A stretch of 62,904 nucleotides of DNA, the filler included, from Craspedostauros australis (lineage: Eukaryota), in the NCBI GenBank assembly GCA_030167865.1. It is 11 parts of 11 records of this genome, joined end to end, with 100 filler letters (N's around TTAATTAATTAA, not from the genome) between each part and the next. Parts side by side here need not be neighbours in the genome. Positions count along the whole stretch, not along the records: positions 60,811 to 62,904 come from JALAGF010004177.1; 10 more parts are not named here. One strand, given 5' to 3'. Shown piece after piece: positions 62,555 to 62,904 of the stretch. Within the stretch, counting starts at the first letter, position 1. The number at the start of each line of letters is the position of its first letter. A program made the translations under genes and the position numbers. The notes under the pieces were generated by a model. That model was not told where the DNA came from. It saw nothing but the letters and a program-made list of their open reading frames with translations, and made no database searches.

Positions 62555-62904
62555 CTTTGGATCGCTTCCAGATGGATCCAATACTTCAAACTTCATGGCC
62601 GCACCCATTGGAGTGTGGTCGGAGTCATCCAAGCATTCGATTACAATATGGCCAACATTTTATATGCACGTATTCTCAGAANGNTNTACAGNGTGACNCG
62701 GACGGTTCANTACAGTGTGATATCAGCATCCATAGATTGCGATCCCTTCCAAACGGATAAAGAACTTCAAACTTCATTTTCATACTCTTTGGCGCATGAT
62801 TGGTGTGGTCGGAGCGTTGGATTGGAATACAATTGCCAGTTCCTGTGTACAAACATCCAAATTAATGTACAGTGCGATGCGTACCAATCACTACTGTGTG
62901 ATAT
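62555..62904. repeat. Diverged ~181-bp tandem repeat, 2 units, runs off the window end
   Basis: ACTTCAAACTTCAT at 62583 and 62764; TAC(A/T)GTGTGATAT at 62711 and 62892; GTGTGGTCGGAG in both units. Confidence 0.75.

Overview
Eukaryotic nuclear DNA, very probably from a diatom (stramenopile). Evidence: short GT-AG introns, ASAF/ALAF-type bipartite plastid presequences, an RXL-type secreted precursor and a PSxxPS mucin-like protein. The window is not continuous genome. It is 11 contigs joined by ten artificial 100-bp linkers (44 N + TTAATTAATTAA + 44 N), and neighbouring contigs overlap, so several genes appear more than once (RPLP0 x2, fibrillin + small secreted protein x3, STAND ATPase x3). 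Housekeeping and metabolic genes: eIF3a, a GT8 and a GT34-like glycosyltransferase, RPLP0, an ABCG half-transporter, a class I HDAC, two tandem monoacylglycerol-lipase-like hydrolases, an MDR quinone oxidoreductase, PAP/fibrillin and a partial SPF45/DRT111-like gene. Most interesting: (1) an intronless, bacterial-type STAND (AAA_16)-TPR ATPase with no effector domain, in a real tandem duplication with near-identical coding but diverged upstream DNA; (2) a small secreted RXL precursor that would release a Ser/Thr/His-rich peptide; (3) a protein with duplicated Cys-rich domains flanking a PS-repeat linker; (4) a Crinkler-like PD-(D/E)xK nuclease fragment; (5) a decayed YqaJ-nuclease element next to a palindrome array and a 181-bp tandem repeat. 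All family calls come from motif recognition by eye; no database searches were run.
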